Assembly: GCF_024502345.1 (NCBI RefSeq)
Contig: NZ_JALDNN010000001.1
DNA length: 64,000 bases
Direction: 5' to 3' (one strand)
Source of the DNA: Escherichia coli
GTDB taxonomy: Bacteria > Pseudomonadota > Gammaproteobacteria > Enterobacterales > Enterobacteriaceae
Positions 36,168 through 50,220 of this stretch are shown here, piece by piece (within the stretch, counting starts at the first letter, position 1; each line of letters begins with the position of its first letter). A program made the position numbers and the translations under genes. Under the pieces are notes generated by a model. It made no database searches. It had not been told where the DNA came from and was given only the letters and a program-made list of their open reading frames with translations.

Positions 36168-38135
36168 ATGGGTATTTTCTCCATTGCTAACCAACATATT
36201 CGCTTTGCGGTAAAACTGGCGACCGCCATTGTACTGGCGCTGTTTGTTGGCTTTCACTTCCAGCTGGAAACGCCACGCTGGGCGGTACTGACAGCGGCGA
36301 TTGTTGCCGCCGGTCCGGCCTTTGCTGCGGGAGGTGAACCGTATTCTGGCGCTATTCGCTATCGTGGCTTTTTGCGCATCATCGGCACATTTATTGGCTG
36401 TATTGCCGGACTGGTGATCATCATTGCGATGATCCGCGCACCATTATTGATGATTCTGGTGTGCTGTATCTGGGCTGGTTTTTGTACCTGGATATCCTCG
36501 CTGGTACGAATAGAAAACTCGTACGCGTGGGGGCTGGCCGGTTATACCGCGCTGATCATTGTGATCACCATTCAGCCGGAACCATTGCTTACGCCGCAGT
36601 TTGCCGTCGAACGTTGTAGCGAGATCGTTATCGGTATTGTGTGTGCGATTATGGCGGATTTGCTCTTTTCTCCGCGATCGATCAAACAAGAAGTGGCTCG
36701 AGAGCTGGAAAGTTTGCTGGTCGCGCAATATCAATTAATGCAACTCTGTATCAAGCATGGCGATGGTGAAGTTGTCGATAAAGCCTGGGGCGACCTGGTG
36801 CGACGCACCACGGCGCTACAAGGCATGCGCAGCAACCTGAATATGGAATCTTCCCGCTGGGCGCGGGCCAATCGACGTTTAAAAGCGATCAATACGCTAT
36901 CGCTGACGCTGATTACCCAATCCTGCGAAACTTATCTTATTCAGAATACGCGCCCGGAATTGATCACTGATACTTTCCGCGAATTTTTTGACACGCCGGT
37001 AGAAACCGCGCAGGACGTCCACAAGCAGCTCAAACGCCTGCGGAGAGTTATCGCCTGGACCGGGGAACGGGAAACGCCTGTCACCATTTATAGCTGGGTC
37101 GCGGCGGCAACGCGTTATCAGCTTCTCAAGCGCGGCGTTATCAGTAACACAAAAATCAACGCCACCGAAGAAGAGATCCTGCAAGGCGAACCGGAAGTAA
37201 AAGTAGAGTCAGCCGAACGTCATCATGCAATGGTTAACTTCTGGCGAACCACACTTTCCTGCATTCTGGGCACGCTTTTCTGGCTGTGGACGGGCTGGAC
37301 TTCCGGCAGTGGTGCAATGGTGATGATTGCGGTCGTGACGTCACTGGCAATGCGTTTGCCGAATCCACGCATGGTGGCGATCGACTTCATCTATGGGACG
37401 CTGGCCGCGCTGCCGTTAGGGCTGCTCTACTTTTTGGTGATTATCCCTAATACCCAACAGAGCATGTTGCTGCTGTGTATTAGCCTGGCAGTGCTGGGAT
37501 TCTTCCTCGGTATAGAAGTACAGAAACGGCGACTGGGCTCGATGGGGGCACTGGCCAGCACCATAAATATTATCGTGCTGGATAACCCGATGACTTTCCA
37601 TTTCAGTCAGTTTCTCGACAGCGCATTAGGGCAAATCGTCGGCTGTGTGCTCGCGTTCACCGTTATTTTGCTGGTGCGGGATAAATCGCGCGACAGGACC
37701 GGACGTGTACTGCTTAATCAGTTTGTTTCTGCCGCTGTTTCCGCGATGACTACCAATGTGGCACGTCGTAAAGAGAACCACCTCCCGGCACTTTATCAGC
37801 AGCTGTTTTTGCTGATGAATAAGTTCCCAGGGGATTTGCCGAAATTTCGCCTGGCGCTGACGATGATTATCGCGCACCAGCGCCTGCGTGATGCGCCGAT
37901 CCCGGTTAACGAGGATTTATCGGCGTTTCACCGACAAATGCGCCGCACAGCAGACCATGTGATATCTGCCCGTAGCGATGATAAACGTCGTCGGTACTTT
38001 GGCCAGTTGCTGGAAGAACTGGAAATCTACCAGGAAAAGCTACGCATCTGGCAAGCGCCACCGCAGGTGACGGAACCGGTTCATCGGCTGGCGGGGATGC
38101 TCCATAAGTATCAACATGCGTTGACCGATAGTTAG
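36168..38135 (+). CDS. aaeB: p-Hydroxybenzoic acid efflux pump subunit AaeB
   Basis: 655-aa membrane ORF following aaeA. Confidence 0.92.
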   Translation: MGIFSIANQHIRFAVKLATAIVLALFVGFHFQLETPRWAVLTAAIVAAGPAFAAGGEPYSGAIRYRGFLRIIGTFIGCIAGLVIIIAMIRAPLLMILVCCIWAGFCTWISSLVRIENSYAWGLAGYTALIIVITIQPEPLLTPQFAVERCSEIVIGIVCAIMADLLFSPRSIKQEVARELESLLVAQYQLMQLCIKHGDGEVVDKAWGDLVRRTTALQGMRSNLNMESSRWARANRRLKAINTLSLTLITQSCETYLIQNTRPELITDTFREFFDTPVETAQDVHKQLKRLRRVIAWTGERETPVTIYSWVAAATRYQLLKRGVISNTKINATEEEILQGEPEVKVESAERHHAMVNFWRTTLSCILGTLFWLWTGWTSGSGAMVMIAVVTSLAMRLPNPRMVAIDFIYGTLAALPLGLLYFLVIIPNTQQSMLLLCISLAVLGFFLGIEVQKRRLGSMGALASTINIIVLDNPMTFHFSQFLDSALGQIVGCVLAFTVILLVRDKSRDRTGRVLLNQFVSAAVSAMTTNVARRKENHLPALYQQLFLLMNKFPGDLPKFRLALTMIIAHQRLRDAPIPVNEDLSAFHRQMRRTADHVISARSDDKRRRYFGQLLEELEIYQEKLRIWQAPPQVTEPVHRLAGMLHKYQHALTDS

Positions 38136-38226
38136 GTCAAAACCGACGCCAAAAGTGTCGGTTTTTTCATGGCTATACTTAGCGATGCACGGCAGAACTC
38201 GCCGCGAAACGTGACGGTGGCAACAG

Positions 38227-38499
38227 ATGAATATTTATACCTTTGATTTTGATGAGATTGAGAGTCAGGAGGATTTTTATCGTGACTTTAGCCAAACCTT
38301 TGGTCTGGCGAAAGATAAGGTACGCGATCTCGACTCACTATGGGATGTGTTAATGAACGATGTCCTGCCGCTACCACTTGAGATTGAATTTGTTCATCTG
38401 GGAGAGAAAACGCGTCGCCGTTTTGGCGCGTTAATATTGCTGTTTGATGAGGCAGAGGAAGAGCTGGAAGGGCATTTGCGTTTTAATGTTCGTCATTAG
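38227..38499 (+). CDS. yhcO: Barstar-like small protein YhcO
   Basis: 90-aa [45 protein letters not shown]... Confidence 0.85.
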   Translation: MNIYTFDFDEIESQEDFYRDFSQTFGLAKDKVRDLDSLWDVLMNDVLPLPLEIEFVHLGEKTRRRFGALILLFDEAEEELEGHLRFNVRH

Positions 38500-38554
38500 C
38501 GCAAAAAAAAGCCCCCGAACCGGGGGCAATATCGTCGGACAAGACGATGAGGGT

Positions 38555-38818
38555 TTATTTGTACAGTTCAGCCGTAGCGTGCCAGGTGTCACCGCTACGA
38601 GCTTCAGTAATCTGGTAGGCCGTTGCGCCTTTCTCTTCCGCTTTTTTGTTCAGCATTTCACGCATATCCATTGGCGAAGACGCCACACCACTTACGGATA
38701 CGGTCCCGATTGCTTCACGATTTTGTGCTTGTGCAGCATCAATGGAGTCGGCAGCGAATGCACCGAAAGAGAGAACAGAAAGTACGCTTAATGCAGCAAC
38801 AGTGGTTTTGATTTTCAT
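38555..38818 (-). CDS. yhcN: Periplasmic stress-induced small protein YhcN (DUF1471)
   Basis: MKIKTTVAALSVLSVLSFGAFA signal peptide; 87 aa from internal Met of track ORF. Confidence 0.85.
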   Translation of the reverse strand: MKIKTTVAALSVLSVLSFGAFAADSIDAAQAQNREAIGTVSVSGVASSPMDMREMLNKKAEEKGATAYQITEARSGDTWHATAELYK

Positions 38819-39182
38819 GATTTTTACCTCGACATAATCTTTTAGCTGGGCCTTTGTTTCGTGACCCATATCACAAAATCAAGTATACACTAATTATTGA
38901 GCTAATTAATACCGCGCTAACTGTTTCAGTTGATACTAAGTGTTAAAAATGTGAATTTTAATAACAAAAAAGTATTAAAAACACGGTTATTTATTATAAA
39001 TACCAGTTTTTTCAATCAGATAATGAATTTTGCATAATGTGCTTTTTTTACCGTATGTATTCACTATGTGAATGATATGTCGCGGTAAAACGCACTATTC
39101 GTTAAATGAATCGCAGGGGAAAGCAGGGGATTGAGAGGGATAAGCAACATTTTCCCCGCCGCCAGAAGCGACGGGGCAGAGA

Positions 39183-39656
<474 letters not shown>

Positions 39657-39682
39657 TCACCCGATATGGTGGTTGATACAAC

Positions 39683-39717
39683 ATTATTGTGCATACAGAT
39701 GAATTTTTATGCAAACA
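39683..39717 (-). promoter_or_regulatory. Candidate ARG boxes (ArgR autoregulatory operator) upstream of argR
   Basis: Reverse strand reads TTTGCATAAAAATTCATCTGTATGCACAATAATGT, matching the TNTGAAT-4(A/T)-ATTCANW consensus. Confidence 0.5.
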
Positions 39718-40012
39718 GTCAGCCCTGAAGAAGGCTGAAATAATGTTATGAAAGAGCGGGATTTTATCAAATTTCGTTATTGAGAAACATGCCTGCGTCA
39801 CGGCATGCAAATTCTGCTTAAAAGTAAATTAATTGTTATCAAATTGATGTTGTTTTGGCTGAACGGTAGGGTATATTGTCACCACCTGTTGGAATGTTGC
39901 GCTAATGCATAAGCGACTGTTAATTACGTAAGTTAGGTTCCTGATTACGGCAATTAAATGCATAAACGCTAAACTTGCGTGACTACACATTCTTGAGATG
40001 TGGTCATTGTAA

Positions 40013-41026
<1,014 letters not shown>

Positions 41027-41042
41027 TTGATTAGCGGATAAT

Positions 41043-41072
41043 AAAAAACCGGAGCACAGACTCCGGTTTTTT
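41043..41072. terminator. Bidirectional rho-independent terminator between mdh and degS
   Basis: aaaaaaccggagcacagactccggtttttt. Confidence 0.7.
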
Positions 41073-41088
41073 GTTTTGAGCGCACGAC

Positions 41089-42156
41089 TCAATTGGTTGC
41101 CGGATATTCCTGAATGGTGACCTGCAGCGTTAACTGCTTATCATCACGCATCACTACAACCGGGATCACCGAACCAGGGCGAATTTCTGCCACCTGATCC
41201 ATCGTCTCCAGAGCAGAGATGGCCGGTTTGTTATCCACCGAAATAATCAGATCGTTGACCTGAATACCCGCATTCGCCGCCGGGCCGTCAGGTGACACTT
41301 CATTAACCACGATCCCTTGCAGTTGATCTATACCACCGCCCTGCGCGTGCAGTGGTGCGATCTCGCGTCCGCCGATACCAATGTAGCCGCGGATCACGCG
41401 ACCATCGCGGATCAGCTTATCCATAATTTTGGTTGCTAACTGGAAAGGAATCGCAAAGCCGATACCTTCCGGCGTTTCGCCATCGTTACTCTTATCAAAC
41501 GACAGCGTGTTAATGCCCATCAGTTCGCCCAGCGAGTTCACCAGCGCGCCGCCAGAGTTACCGTGGTTAATGGAAGCATCGGTTTGTAGGAAGTTTTGCC
41601 GCCCGGTCGGGTTCAGACCGATTCGACCCGTGGCACTAATAATCCCCTGGGTAATGGTCTGCCCGAGGTTGTACGGGTTACCGATCGCCAGTACCACGTC
41701 GCCAATGTGCGGTACGCGACGTGCATTAATTGGAATGGTAGGTAAACCGCCAGTGGCATTAATTTTAAGTACCGCCAGATCGGTTAGAGAGTCAGATCCC
41801 ACCAGCAATGCTTCAAATACACGTCCATCCTGTAAGGCGACGATGATCTGATCGGCGTCGTTGATGACGTGTTTATTGGTGATGATATAACCGCGTTGAT
41901 CCATGATTACACCGGATCCCAGGGTGCGGATCTCAAGCTGGTTGTGAGAGTTGGTGTTCAAACCACGGTTGTAAACGTTAACCACCGCTGGCGCGGCGCG
42001 GCGAACCGCCAGATTATAACTGGCAGGCGTCTCATCGGTACTGTCAAATTGCGGAGTGGAAAGCGGGTTAAGGCTGCGCAGCGAAGGCATGGCAACCAGC
42101 AGAATAGCGCCGACAATTAATCCAATCGCAACGGAACGTAAGAGCTTCACAAACAT
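41089..42156 (-). CDS. degS: Envelope-stress serine endoprotease DegS
   Basis: 355-aa ORF with trypsin-like domain and single PDZ. Confidence 0.95.
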   Translation of the reverse strand: MFVKLLRSVAIGLIVGAILLVAMPSLRSLNPLSTPQFDSTDETPASYNLAVRRAAPAVVNVYNRGLNTNSHNQLEIRTLGSGVIMDQRGYIITNKHVINDADQIIVALQDGRVFEALLVGSDSLTDLAVLKINATGGLPTIPINARRVPHIGDVVLAIGNPYNLGQTITQGIISATGRIGLNPTGRQNFLQTDASINHGNSGGALVNSLGELMGINTLSFDKSNDGETPEGIGFAIPFQLATKIMDKLIRDGRVIRGYIGIGGREIAPLHAQGGGIDQLQGIVVNEVSPDGPAANAGIQVNDLIISVDNKPAISALETMDQVAEIRPGSVIPVVVMRDDKQLTLQVTIQEYPATN

Positions 42157-42245
42157 GATGGAGGCGTCATTAAAAAAGGGAACGGCAGCAGCATACCACG
42201 AGTTAACCGGACATCACACGTCAGCCTGATGCCCGGTTTACGACA

Positions 42246-43613
42246 TTAACGCATCAGCAGATAGATGCTTTCATTGCCGCGTACAATTTGCAGGGCGATG
42301 ATGGCCGGTTTTGCCGTCAGCACTTTACGCATTTCAGCAATCGAGTTCACCCGATCGCGGTTGACGCCAATGATCACATCGTCTTTTTGCAAGCCAGCCT
42401 GAGCAGCTGGGCTTCCTTTGACAACTTCATCGATCTTAATACCTTTGCCGCCATCTTTTAGCTGACCATCGCTCAACGTTGCACCTTCCAGCGCTGGCGT
42501 GATCATTTCAGCGCTGGCCGACGAAGAGGTGCTGGTATCGAGCGTCACTTCTACTTCCAGTGGTTTGCCGTTACGCAGCAGGCCAAGCTTCACTTTCGTG
42601 CCCGGCTCGGTGGTCGCGATACGAGAGCGCAACTCAGCAAAGCTATTCAGCGGTTTGCCGTTGAGGCTGGTAATAATATCGCCCGCTTTGACGCCCGCTT
42701 TCGCCGAGCCAGAACCTGGCAACACTTCGCTGACAAACGCGCCACGCTGCACGTCAAGGTTGAAGGCTTTGGCGATATCGGCACTCATCTCGGTGCCTTT
42801 GATGCCTAACAAACCGCGTTTGATTTCACCAAAGTCGATAAGCTGCTGCGCCAGTGTTCGCGCCATATTACTGGGGATGGCAAATCCAATTCCGACGCTC
42901 CCGCCGCCAGGCGCAAGGATTGCAGTGTTGATGCCAATTAACTCTCCGTTAAGGTTTAACAGTGCACCGCCGGAGTTACCGCGGTTAATGGAAGCATCTG
43001 TCTGGATAAAGTTTTCCAGACCTTCAAGATTCAACCCGCTGCGTCCTAATGCGGAAACAATGCCAGAGGTGGCGGTTTGCCCAAGGCCAAATGGGTTACC
43101 GACCGCCACGGCAAAATCACCGACGCGCAATTTATCGGAGTCGGCAATAGCGATTTGCGTTAATTTGCTCGGGTTTTGAATTTGCAACAGGGCGATATCG
43201 CTCTGGTCATCGCTACCAATCAGTTTTGCATCAAACTCGCGCCCATCATTGAGCTGAATACTGATTTTCTGTGCCTGATTAATCACATGGTTGTTGGTCA
43301 GCACATAGCCTTTACTGGCGTTGATGATGACACCGGAGCCTAAACCTTCGAAGGGTTGTGCAGGTTGATCCGGTAAATCATCACCAAAAAACTTTTTGAA
43401 TTCTTCCGGGATTTTCTGTCCCTGACTGGCCGTTCCTTCCACCCGTACGCTCACCACTGCCGGAAGCACTTTTTCCAGCATTGGAGCCAGACTGGGGAGG
43501 GGGGCCTGATCGGCAACCTGGCCTGGAATCGACGCGACGGCCTGAAATGACGCCGAGAGAGTTAACCCGACACTTAACGCTAATGCACTCAACAGCTGGG
43601 TTTGTTTTTTCAT
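42246..43613 (-). CDS. degQ: Periplasmic serine endoprotease DegQ
   Basis: ORF with signal peptide MKKQTQLLSALALSVGLTLSASFQAVA, protease domain and two PDZ domains. Confidence 0.95.
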   Translation of the reverse strand: MKKQTQLLSALALSVGLTLSASFQAVASIPGQVADQAPLPSLAPMLEKVLPAVVSVRVEGTASQGQKIPEEFKKFFGDDLPDQPAQPFEGLGSGVIINASKGYVLTNNHVINQAQKISIQLNDGREFDAKLIGSDDQSDIALLQIQNPSKLTQIAIADSDKLRVGDFAVAVGNPFGLGQTATSGIVSALGRSGLNLEGLENFIQTDASINRGNSGGALLNLNGELIGINTAILAPGGGSVGIGFAIPSNMARTLAQQLIDFGEIKRGLLGIKGTEMSADIAKAFNLDVQRGAFVSEVLPGSGSAKAGVKAGDIITSLNGKPLNSFAELRSRIATTEPGTKVKLGLLRNGKPLEVEVTLDTSTSSSASAEMITPALEGATLSDGQLKDGGKGIKIDEVVKGSPAAQAGLQKDDVIIGVNRDRVNSIAEMRKVLTAKPAIIALQIVRGNESIYLLMR

Positions 43614-43766
43614 TATTCCTGCTCTCGTACCTGAATGATAAGAAAAGAGATTCAAAACAGTTTGATGTTATTGAATTTTCAGACGGCTAACAATGAGACA
43701 CCAGATTAAATGATAGTCGGGGAGGGAGAGAAGAGGAGGGCGCAATGGCTGCGCCCGAAAAATAAA

Positions 43767-44165
43767 TTAGTCGCGCTTCGCGCCAGTACGCAGCAGGCCG
43801 GATGCGCCTTCAGAATAGTCGCGAGGCATCTGCACCGGTGCCTGATCGTTGCTGGCTTCAGACTCTGCCAGACGATTACGGAACGGGTTTGCTTCAGCAG
43901 ACAGTTCCGGCAGCAGGCTGCTGGAGCTTTTCGCCATGTGCTGATACAGCTGGCGATAGTCGTGCGCCATGGTATCCAGTAATTCCGCGCTGCGGGCAAA
44001 GTGGCTAACCAGCTCTTCGCGATACTCGTCCAGTTCAGCTTTATTCTTTTCCAGTTCGTACTGCAACGCCTGTTGCTGGCGTAGTTTACGATTACCAAAA
44101 CGCATGGCCACAGCACCAATAATGATGCCGACGACTAACCCAATTAGCGCATATTCCCAGGTCAT
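43767..44165 (-). CDS. zapG: Z-ring associated inner membrane protein ZapG (YhcB)
   Basis: MTWEYALIGLVVGIIIGAVAMRFGNRKLRQQQALQYELEKNKAELDEYR... Confidence 0.9.
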   Translation of the reverse strand: MTWEYALIGLVVGIIIGAVAMRFGNRKLRQQQALQYELEKNKAELDEYREELVSHFARSAELLDTMAHDYRQLYQHMAKSSSSLLPELSAEANPFRNRLAESEASNDQAPVQMPRDYSEGASGLLRTGAKRD

Positions 44166-44358
44166 GAACATCTCCCGTTGTCTTTTGTTTCCGTAGGGTG
44201 TTGGCTTCAGGCTCCATGCCTGCGGCTGATTATGCCACTATAACCGTTAATTCCACAGAAGTGGAATCCCGACTGCATATCGCGTAGTGTAGAACGGCCT
44301 TTTTTTCGTCAACCGTGAACAACGGCGCACCGATTATTCAAGGAATAACAATAAGATC

Positions 44359-45486
44359 ATGCAAAGCGTTACCCCAACATCGCAATACCTGAAGGCGCTC
44401 AATGAAGGCAGCCATCAACCCGACGACGTTCAAAAAGAGGCCGTCAGCCGCCTGGAAATTATTTATCAGGAACTCATCAATAGCACGCCACCAGCCCCCA
44501 GGACGAGTGGGCTAATGGCGCGGGTCGGTAAGCTGTGGGGTAAACGCGAAGACACAAAGCATACGCCAGTGCGTGGCTTATATATGTGGGGCGGTGTAGG
44601 ACGCGGGAAAACCTGGCTGATGGACCTTTTCTATCAAAGCCTGCCGGGAGAGCGGAAACAGCGCCTGCACTTTCACCGTTTTATGCTGCGGGTGCACGAA
44701 GAGTTAACTGCCTTACAGGGGCAGACCGATCCGCTGGAAATTATTGCCGATCGCTTTAAAGCCGAAACTGACGTGCTCTGTTTTGACGAATTTTTTGTTT
44801 CTGATATTACCGACGCCATGCTACTTGGCGGTCTGATGAAAGCCCTGTTCGCCCGCGGTATTACCCTGGTAGCGACGTCAAATATTCCGCCGGATGAACT
44901 TTATCGAAATGGCTTGCAACGTGCGCGTTTTCTGCCTGCAATCGATGCCATTAAACAGCATTGTGATGTAATGAATGTGGACGCTGGTGTTGATTATCGA
45001 CTGCGTACACTCACTCAGGCGCATCTGTGGCTTTCGCCACTCAACGATGAAATCCGGGCGCAAATGGATAAACTATGGTTGGCGCTGGCGGGGGCGAAAC
45101 GAGAAATTTCACCAACGTTAGAAATCAACCATCGGCCATTAGCGACAATGGGCGTCGAGAACCAGACGCTGGCGGTCTCTTTTACTACGCTGTGCGTCGA
45201 CGCCCGCAGTCAGCATGACTATATTGCGCTCTCACGTCTCTTTCATACGGTCATGTTGTTTGATGTACCAGTTATGACGCGGTTGATGGAGAGCGAAGCG
45301 CGGCGCTTTATTGCGCTGGTGGATGAGTTTTACGAGCGCCATGTCAAATTAGTGGTGAGTGCAGAAGTGCCGCTGTATGAAATTTATCAGGGTGAGCGGC
45401 TGAAGTTTGAGTTCCAGCGTTGCCTGTCACGTCTGCAAGAGATGCAAAGCGAAGAGTATCTGAAGCGCGAGCATTTGGCGGGTTAA
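44359..45486 (+). CDS. zapE: Cell division ATPase ZapE (YhcM), AFG1-like
   Basis: 375-aa ORF with Walker A GGVGRGKT. Confidence 0.92.
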   Translation: MQSVTPTSQYLKALNEGSHQPDDVQKEAVSRLEIIYQELINSTPPAPRTSGLMARVGKLWGKREDTKHTPVRGLYMWGGVGRGKTWLMDLFYQSLPGERKQRLHFHRFMLRVHEELTALQGQTDPLEIIADRFKAETDVLCFDEFFVSDITDAMLLGGLMKALFARGITLVATSNIPPDELYRNGLQRARFLPAIDAIKQHCDVMNVDAGVDYRLRTLTQAHLWLSPLNDEIRAQMDKLWLALAGAKREISPTLEINHRPLATMGVENQTLAVSFTTLCVDARSQHDYIALSRLFHTVMLFDVPVMTRLMESEARRFIALVDEFYERHVKLVVSAEVPLYEIYQGERLKFEFQRCLSRLQEMQSEEYLKREHLAG

Positions 45487-45617
45487 AACCTGCCACAAAT
45501 CACAAAAAGGGGTCGATCTTTGACCCCGACTTCTCTATAATCCTGCGACCCCACGTTACAAGAAAGTTTTTTTCCCAAAACTTTTTGTGTGCTGGCATAG
45601 GCTATTCGAAGGGGTAG

Positions 45618-46133
<516 letters not shown>

Positions 46134-46145
46134 TCGGGATTATAG

Positions 46146-46541
<396 letters not shown>

Positions 46542-46555
46542 TTGGCTTCTGCTCC

Positions 46556-46582
46556 GGCAGAAAACAATTTTCGAAAAAACCC
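46556..46582 (+). terminator. Rho-independent terminator of rplM-rpsI
   Basis: aaaaacccgcttcggcgggttttttt. Confidence 0.8.
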
Positions 46583-46935
46583 GCTTCGGCGGGTTTTTTT
46601 ATGGCTAAAATCTGAATCAGCGTAAAAACTGGAATGTTGCTTTTTGCTGCCACCTGACAGACAGGTAAAACAAAAACCACATCGCCAATAAGGGACTAAG
46701 TCAACTATTTCAGACTAAAGCGCATCTCTTTTTCCCCATTTCCGGCATCGACTCACCACAAAGGTCGCAAAATCTGGTAAACTATCATCCAATTTTCTGC
46801 CCAAATGTCGGGTATTGCTCATTTTTTGTTTGATTTTCGAACAAAGAGAGTCGTTCCTTACTGGGTAACACAACTTCTGACTGGCCACCTGGTGGCTGGT
46901 AGCAGTAAAAATTCTGACTATACCTGGAGGTTTTC

Positions 46936-47574
46936 ATGGCTGTCGCTGCCAACAAACGTTCGGTAATGACGCTGTTTTCCGGTCCTACTGACATCTATAG
47001 CCATCAGGTCCGCATTGTGCTGGCTGAGAAAGGTGTAAGTTTCGAGATCGAACACGTGGAAAAGGACAATCCGCCTCAGGATCTGATTGACCTCAACCCG
47101 AATCAGAGCGTTCCGACCCTGGTGGATCGTGAGCTGACCCTGTGGGAATCTCGCATCATTATGGAATATCTGGATGAGCGTTTCCCGCATCCGCCACTGA
47201 TGCCTGTTTACCCGGTAGCTCGCGGTGAAAGCCGTCTGTACATGCATCGCATCGAAAAAGACTGGTACACGCTGATGAACACCATCATCAACGGTTCAGC
47301 TTCTGAAGCAGATGCCGCACGTAAGCAACTGCGCGAAGAACTGCTGGCGATTGCGCCGGTCTTCGGTCAGAAGCCGTACTTCCTGAGTGATGAGTTCAGC
47401 CTGGTCGATTGCTACCTTGCTCCGCTGCTGTGGCGTCTGCCGCAACTGGGTATCGAGTTCAGCGGCCCGGGTGCGAAAGAGCTGAAAGGCTATATGACCC
47501 GCGTCTTTGAGCGTGACTCTTTCCTTGCTTCTTTAACTGAAGCAGAACGTGAAATGCGTCTGGGCCGGAGTTAA
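46936..47574 (+). CDS. sspA: Stringent starvation protein A
   Basis: 212-aa GST-fold ORF MAVAANKRSVMTLFSGPTDIYSHQVRIVLAEKGVSFEIEHVEKDNPPQDLIDLNP... Confidence 0.97.
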   Translation: MAVAANKRSVMTLFSGPTDIYSHQVRIVLAEKGVSFEIEHVEKDNPPQDLIDLNPNQSVPTLVDRELTLWESRIIMEYLDERFPHPPLMPVYPVARGESRLYMHRIEKDWYTLMNTIINGSASEADAARKQLREELLAIAPVFGQKPYFLSDEFSLVDCYLAPLLWRLPQLGIEFSGPGAKELKGYMTRVFERDSFLASLTEAEREMRLGRS

Positions 47575-47579
47575 TCTGT

Positions 47580-48077
47580 ATGGATTTGTCACAGCTAACA
47601 CCACGTCGTCCCTATCTGCTGCGTGCATTCTATGAGTGGTTGCTGGATAACCAGCTCACGCCGCACCTGGTGGTGGATGTGACGCTCCCTGGCGTGCAGG
47701 TTCCTATGGAATATGCGCGTGACGGGCAAATCGTACTCAACATTGCGCCGCGTGCTGTCGGCAATCTGGAACTGGCGAATGATGAGGTGCGCTTTAACGC
47801 GCGCTTTGGTGGCATTCCGCGTCAGGTTTCTGTGCCGCTGGCTGCCGTGCTGGCTATCTACGCCCGTGAAAATGGCGCTGGCACGATGTTTGAACCTGAA
47901 GCTGCCTACGATGAAGATGCCAGCATCATGAATGATGAAGAGGCATCGGCAGACAACGAAACCGTTATGTCGGTTATTGATGGCGACAAGCCAGATCACG
48001 ATGATGACACTCATCCTGACGATGAACCTCCGCAGCCACCACGCGGTGGTCGACCGGCATTACGCGTTGTTAAGTAA
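47580..48077 (+). CDS. sspB: ClpXP adaptor stringent starvation protein B
   Basis: 165-aa ORF MDLSQLTPRRPYLLRAFYEWLLDNQLTPHLVVDVTLPGVQVPMEY... with acidic tail and C-terminal ...RGGRPALRVVK. Confidence 0.97.
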   Translation: MDLSQLTPRRPYLLRAFYEWLLDNQLTPHLVVDVTLPGVQVPMEYARDGQIVLNIAPRAVGNLELANDEVRFNARFGGIPRQVSVPLAAVLAIYARENGAGTMFEPEAAYDEDASIMNDEEASADNETVMSVIDGDKPDHDDDTHPDDEPPQPPRGGRPALRVVK

Positions 48078-48079
48078 TA

Positions 48080-48112
48080 CAAAACAGGCCCTGGTGGCCT
48101 GTTTTGTCTTTT
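48080..48112. terminator. Bidirectional terminator between convergent sspB and dcuD
   Basis: caaaacaggccctggtggcctgttttgtctttt. Confidence 0.7.
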
Positions 48113-48118
48113 AATGGC

Positions 48119-49467
48119 TTAATAAAATAGCGTGATTGTGGCAATCATATTCACCACGAAACCGACTGCCATGGGGATCGCTGTCCGCTTCACCACCGCA
48201 AAAGGCGAAACGCCTGCAATTCCTGACGTAACGACTACCACCGCAGTAATCGGCGAAACCGCGCGCGCTAGCGTCGTGGCAAAATGCATCGGCATAATCA
48301 TTACAACCGCTGGTACATGTAGTCCGGCTGCGATATTCGGAATAAGACTGGCAAATGACATAAACGGCGCATTGCCAGAGCCCATCACAATGGCACAAAT
48401 GGCAATGACCAGCGCCATAATAATCATCACGCCAATACCGCCCAGACCAGAATGCTCCGCACCCCTGATAACCGCATCGACAGTGCCAATCGTCGTTAAG
48501 CCTTTCGCAAATATTTCACCCGCGACCACCAGCGTTACGACGTTGGCAAACTGCGTACCCATGCCGTCAAAAAACGCCTGCACATCGTCCATTGTTTCGC
48601 GCAAGTTATGCTTGCGGAAGAACTCAACAAACATCGTCACCGTCAAACTCAGTAACATCACCACCACCAGATGCAGTTCTGACTGCATCAGCCCGATGTG
48701 GGCAAGGAATAGCGAGCCGAGCATCAGGATTAACGGCATCACAGGTAAAATGGCGTAATAGAGCGGCGGGACATTATCGAGAGCTTTTTGCTCTGCCTGT
48801 TCGTGATTGATATTTTTATCTTTTTTGTCAAAAGCGCGTTGCACGAAAAAGTGGGAGATCGCCACCGAGATAATGACGCAAGAGGCGACCGGAAGCTGGT
48901 AGTGGAAGAAGTAAGTGGCAATTTTCATTCCCGCGACCTGGGCTGCAAAAATGGAGTTCGTTTCCAGAATCCCCCACTCAATGGACATTGTGGTTGCGAT
49001 AACCGCCACCGCAGAGAGACGGCTTACTCCCAGACTCACCAGTGTCGGAAATAAGGTGACCATCAGCAACATACCCAGGCCGGAGGCGCTGGTAATAAAC
49101 TGCGCCATGATTTGGCCGATGACGTAAGTTGCCGACAGAATAATATACGGCGAGCGAATGAGTTTTAACGGGCGGCTTAACAAGCTCACCATCGCGCGAC
49201 TGGCTCCTGTGCGCTCCATGTAGCGGGCATAACCGCCCACCGCCATAATCGACAGCCCCAATCCGGCAATGCGGTTGGACAGCATGCGCAGGATTTCATT
49301 ATAAATATCGACGATCAAGTAGCCGCTGCTTTTGGCGGGATCGAGTACACCACCGAACCCTAACCAGACACCGCACATCATCAGGAAGATACCTGCGGCA
49401 GCCAGCACCACCTGAGGTTTGTAGTTTTTCAGGATCAAATAGCCCATCGTAATTAATACGATGACAG
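48119..49467 (-). pseudogene. dcuD: C4-dicarboxylate transporter DcuD, 5' end replaced by IS1
   Basis: Reverse-strand frame is open from the IS1 boundary: ...[33 protein letters not shown]...; upstream start region and first codons absent. Confidence 0.8.
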
Positions 49468-49522
49468 GGTGATGCTGCCAACTTACTGATTTAGTGTATG
49501 ATGGTGTTTTTGAGGTGCTCCA

Positions 49523-49798
49523 GTGGCTTCTGTTTCTATCAGCTGTCCCTCCTGTTCAGCTACTGACGGGGTGGTGCGTAACGGCAAAAGCACCGCCGGA
49601 CATCAGCGCTATCTCTGCTCTCACTGCCGTAAAACATGGCAACTGCAGTTCACTTACACCGCTTCTCAACCCGGTACGCACCAGAAAATCATTGATATGG
49701 CCATGAATGGCGTTGGATGCCGGGCAACCGCCCGCATTATGGGCGTTGGCCTCAACACGATTTTCCGCCATTTAAAAAACTCAGGCCGCAGTCGGTAA
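49523..49798 (+). CDS. insA: IS1 protein InsA
   Basis: [91 protein letters not shown]. Confidence 0.95.
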   Translation: MASVSISCPSCSATDGVVRNGKSTAGHQRYLCSHCRKTWQLQFTYTASQPGTHQKIIDMAMNGVGCRATARIMGVGLNTIFRHLKNSGRSR

Positions 49799-50220
49799 CC
49801 TCGCGCATACAGCCGGGCAGTGACGTCATCGTCTGCGCGGAAATGGACGAACAGTGGGGATACGTCGGGGCTAAATCGCGCCAGCGCTGGCTGTTTTACG
49901 CGTATGACAGGCTCCGGAAGACGGTTGTTGCGCACGTATTCGGTGAACGCACTATGGCGACGCTGGGGCGTCTTATGAGCCTGCTGTCACCCTTTGACGT
50001 GGTGATATGGATGACGGATGGCTGGCCGCTGTATGAATCCCGCCTGAAGGGAAAGCTGCACGTAATCAGCAAGCGATATACGCAGCGAATTGAGCGGCAT
50101 AACCTGAATCTGAGGCAGCACCTGGCACGGCTGGGACGGAAGTCGCTGTCGTTCTCAAAATCGGTGGAGCTGCATGACAAAGTCATCGGGCATTATCTGA
50201 ACATAAAACACTATCAATAA
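49717..50220 (+). CDS. insB: IS1 InsB frame (expressed as InsAB' transposase by -1 frameshift)
   Basis: ORF ...[62 protein letters not shown]... Confidence 0.9.
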   Translation: MPGNRPHYGRWPQHDFPPFKKLRPQSVTSRIQPGSDVIVCAEMDEQWGYVGAKSRQRWLFYAYDRLRKTVVAHVFGERTMATLGRLMSLLSPFDVVIWMTDGWPLYESRLKGKLHVISKRYTQRIERHNLNLRQHLARLGRKSLSFSKSVELHDKVIGHYLNIKHYQ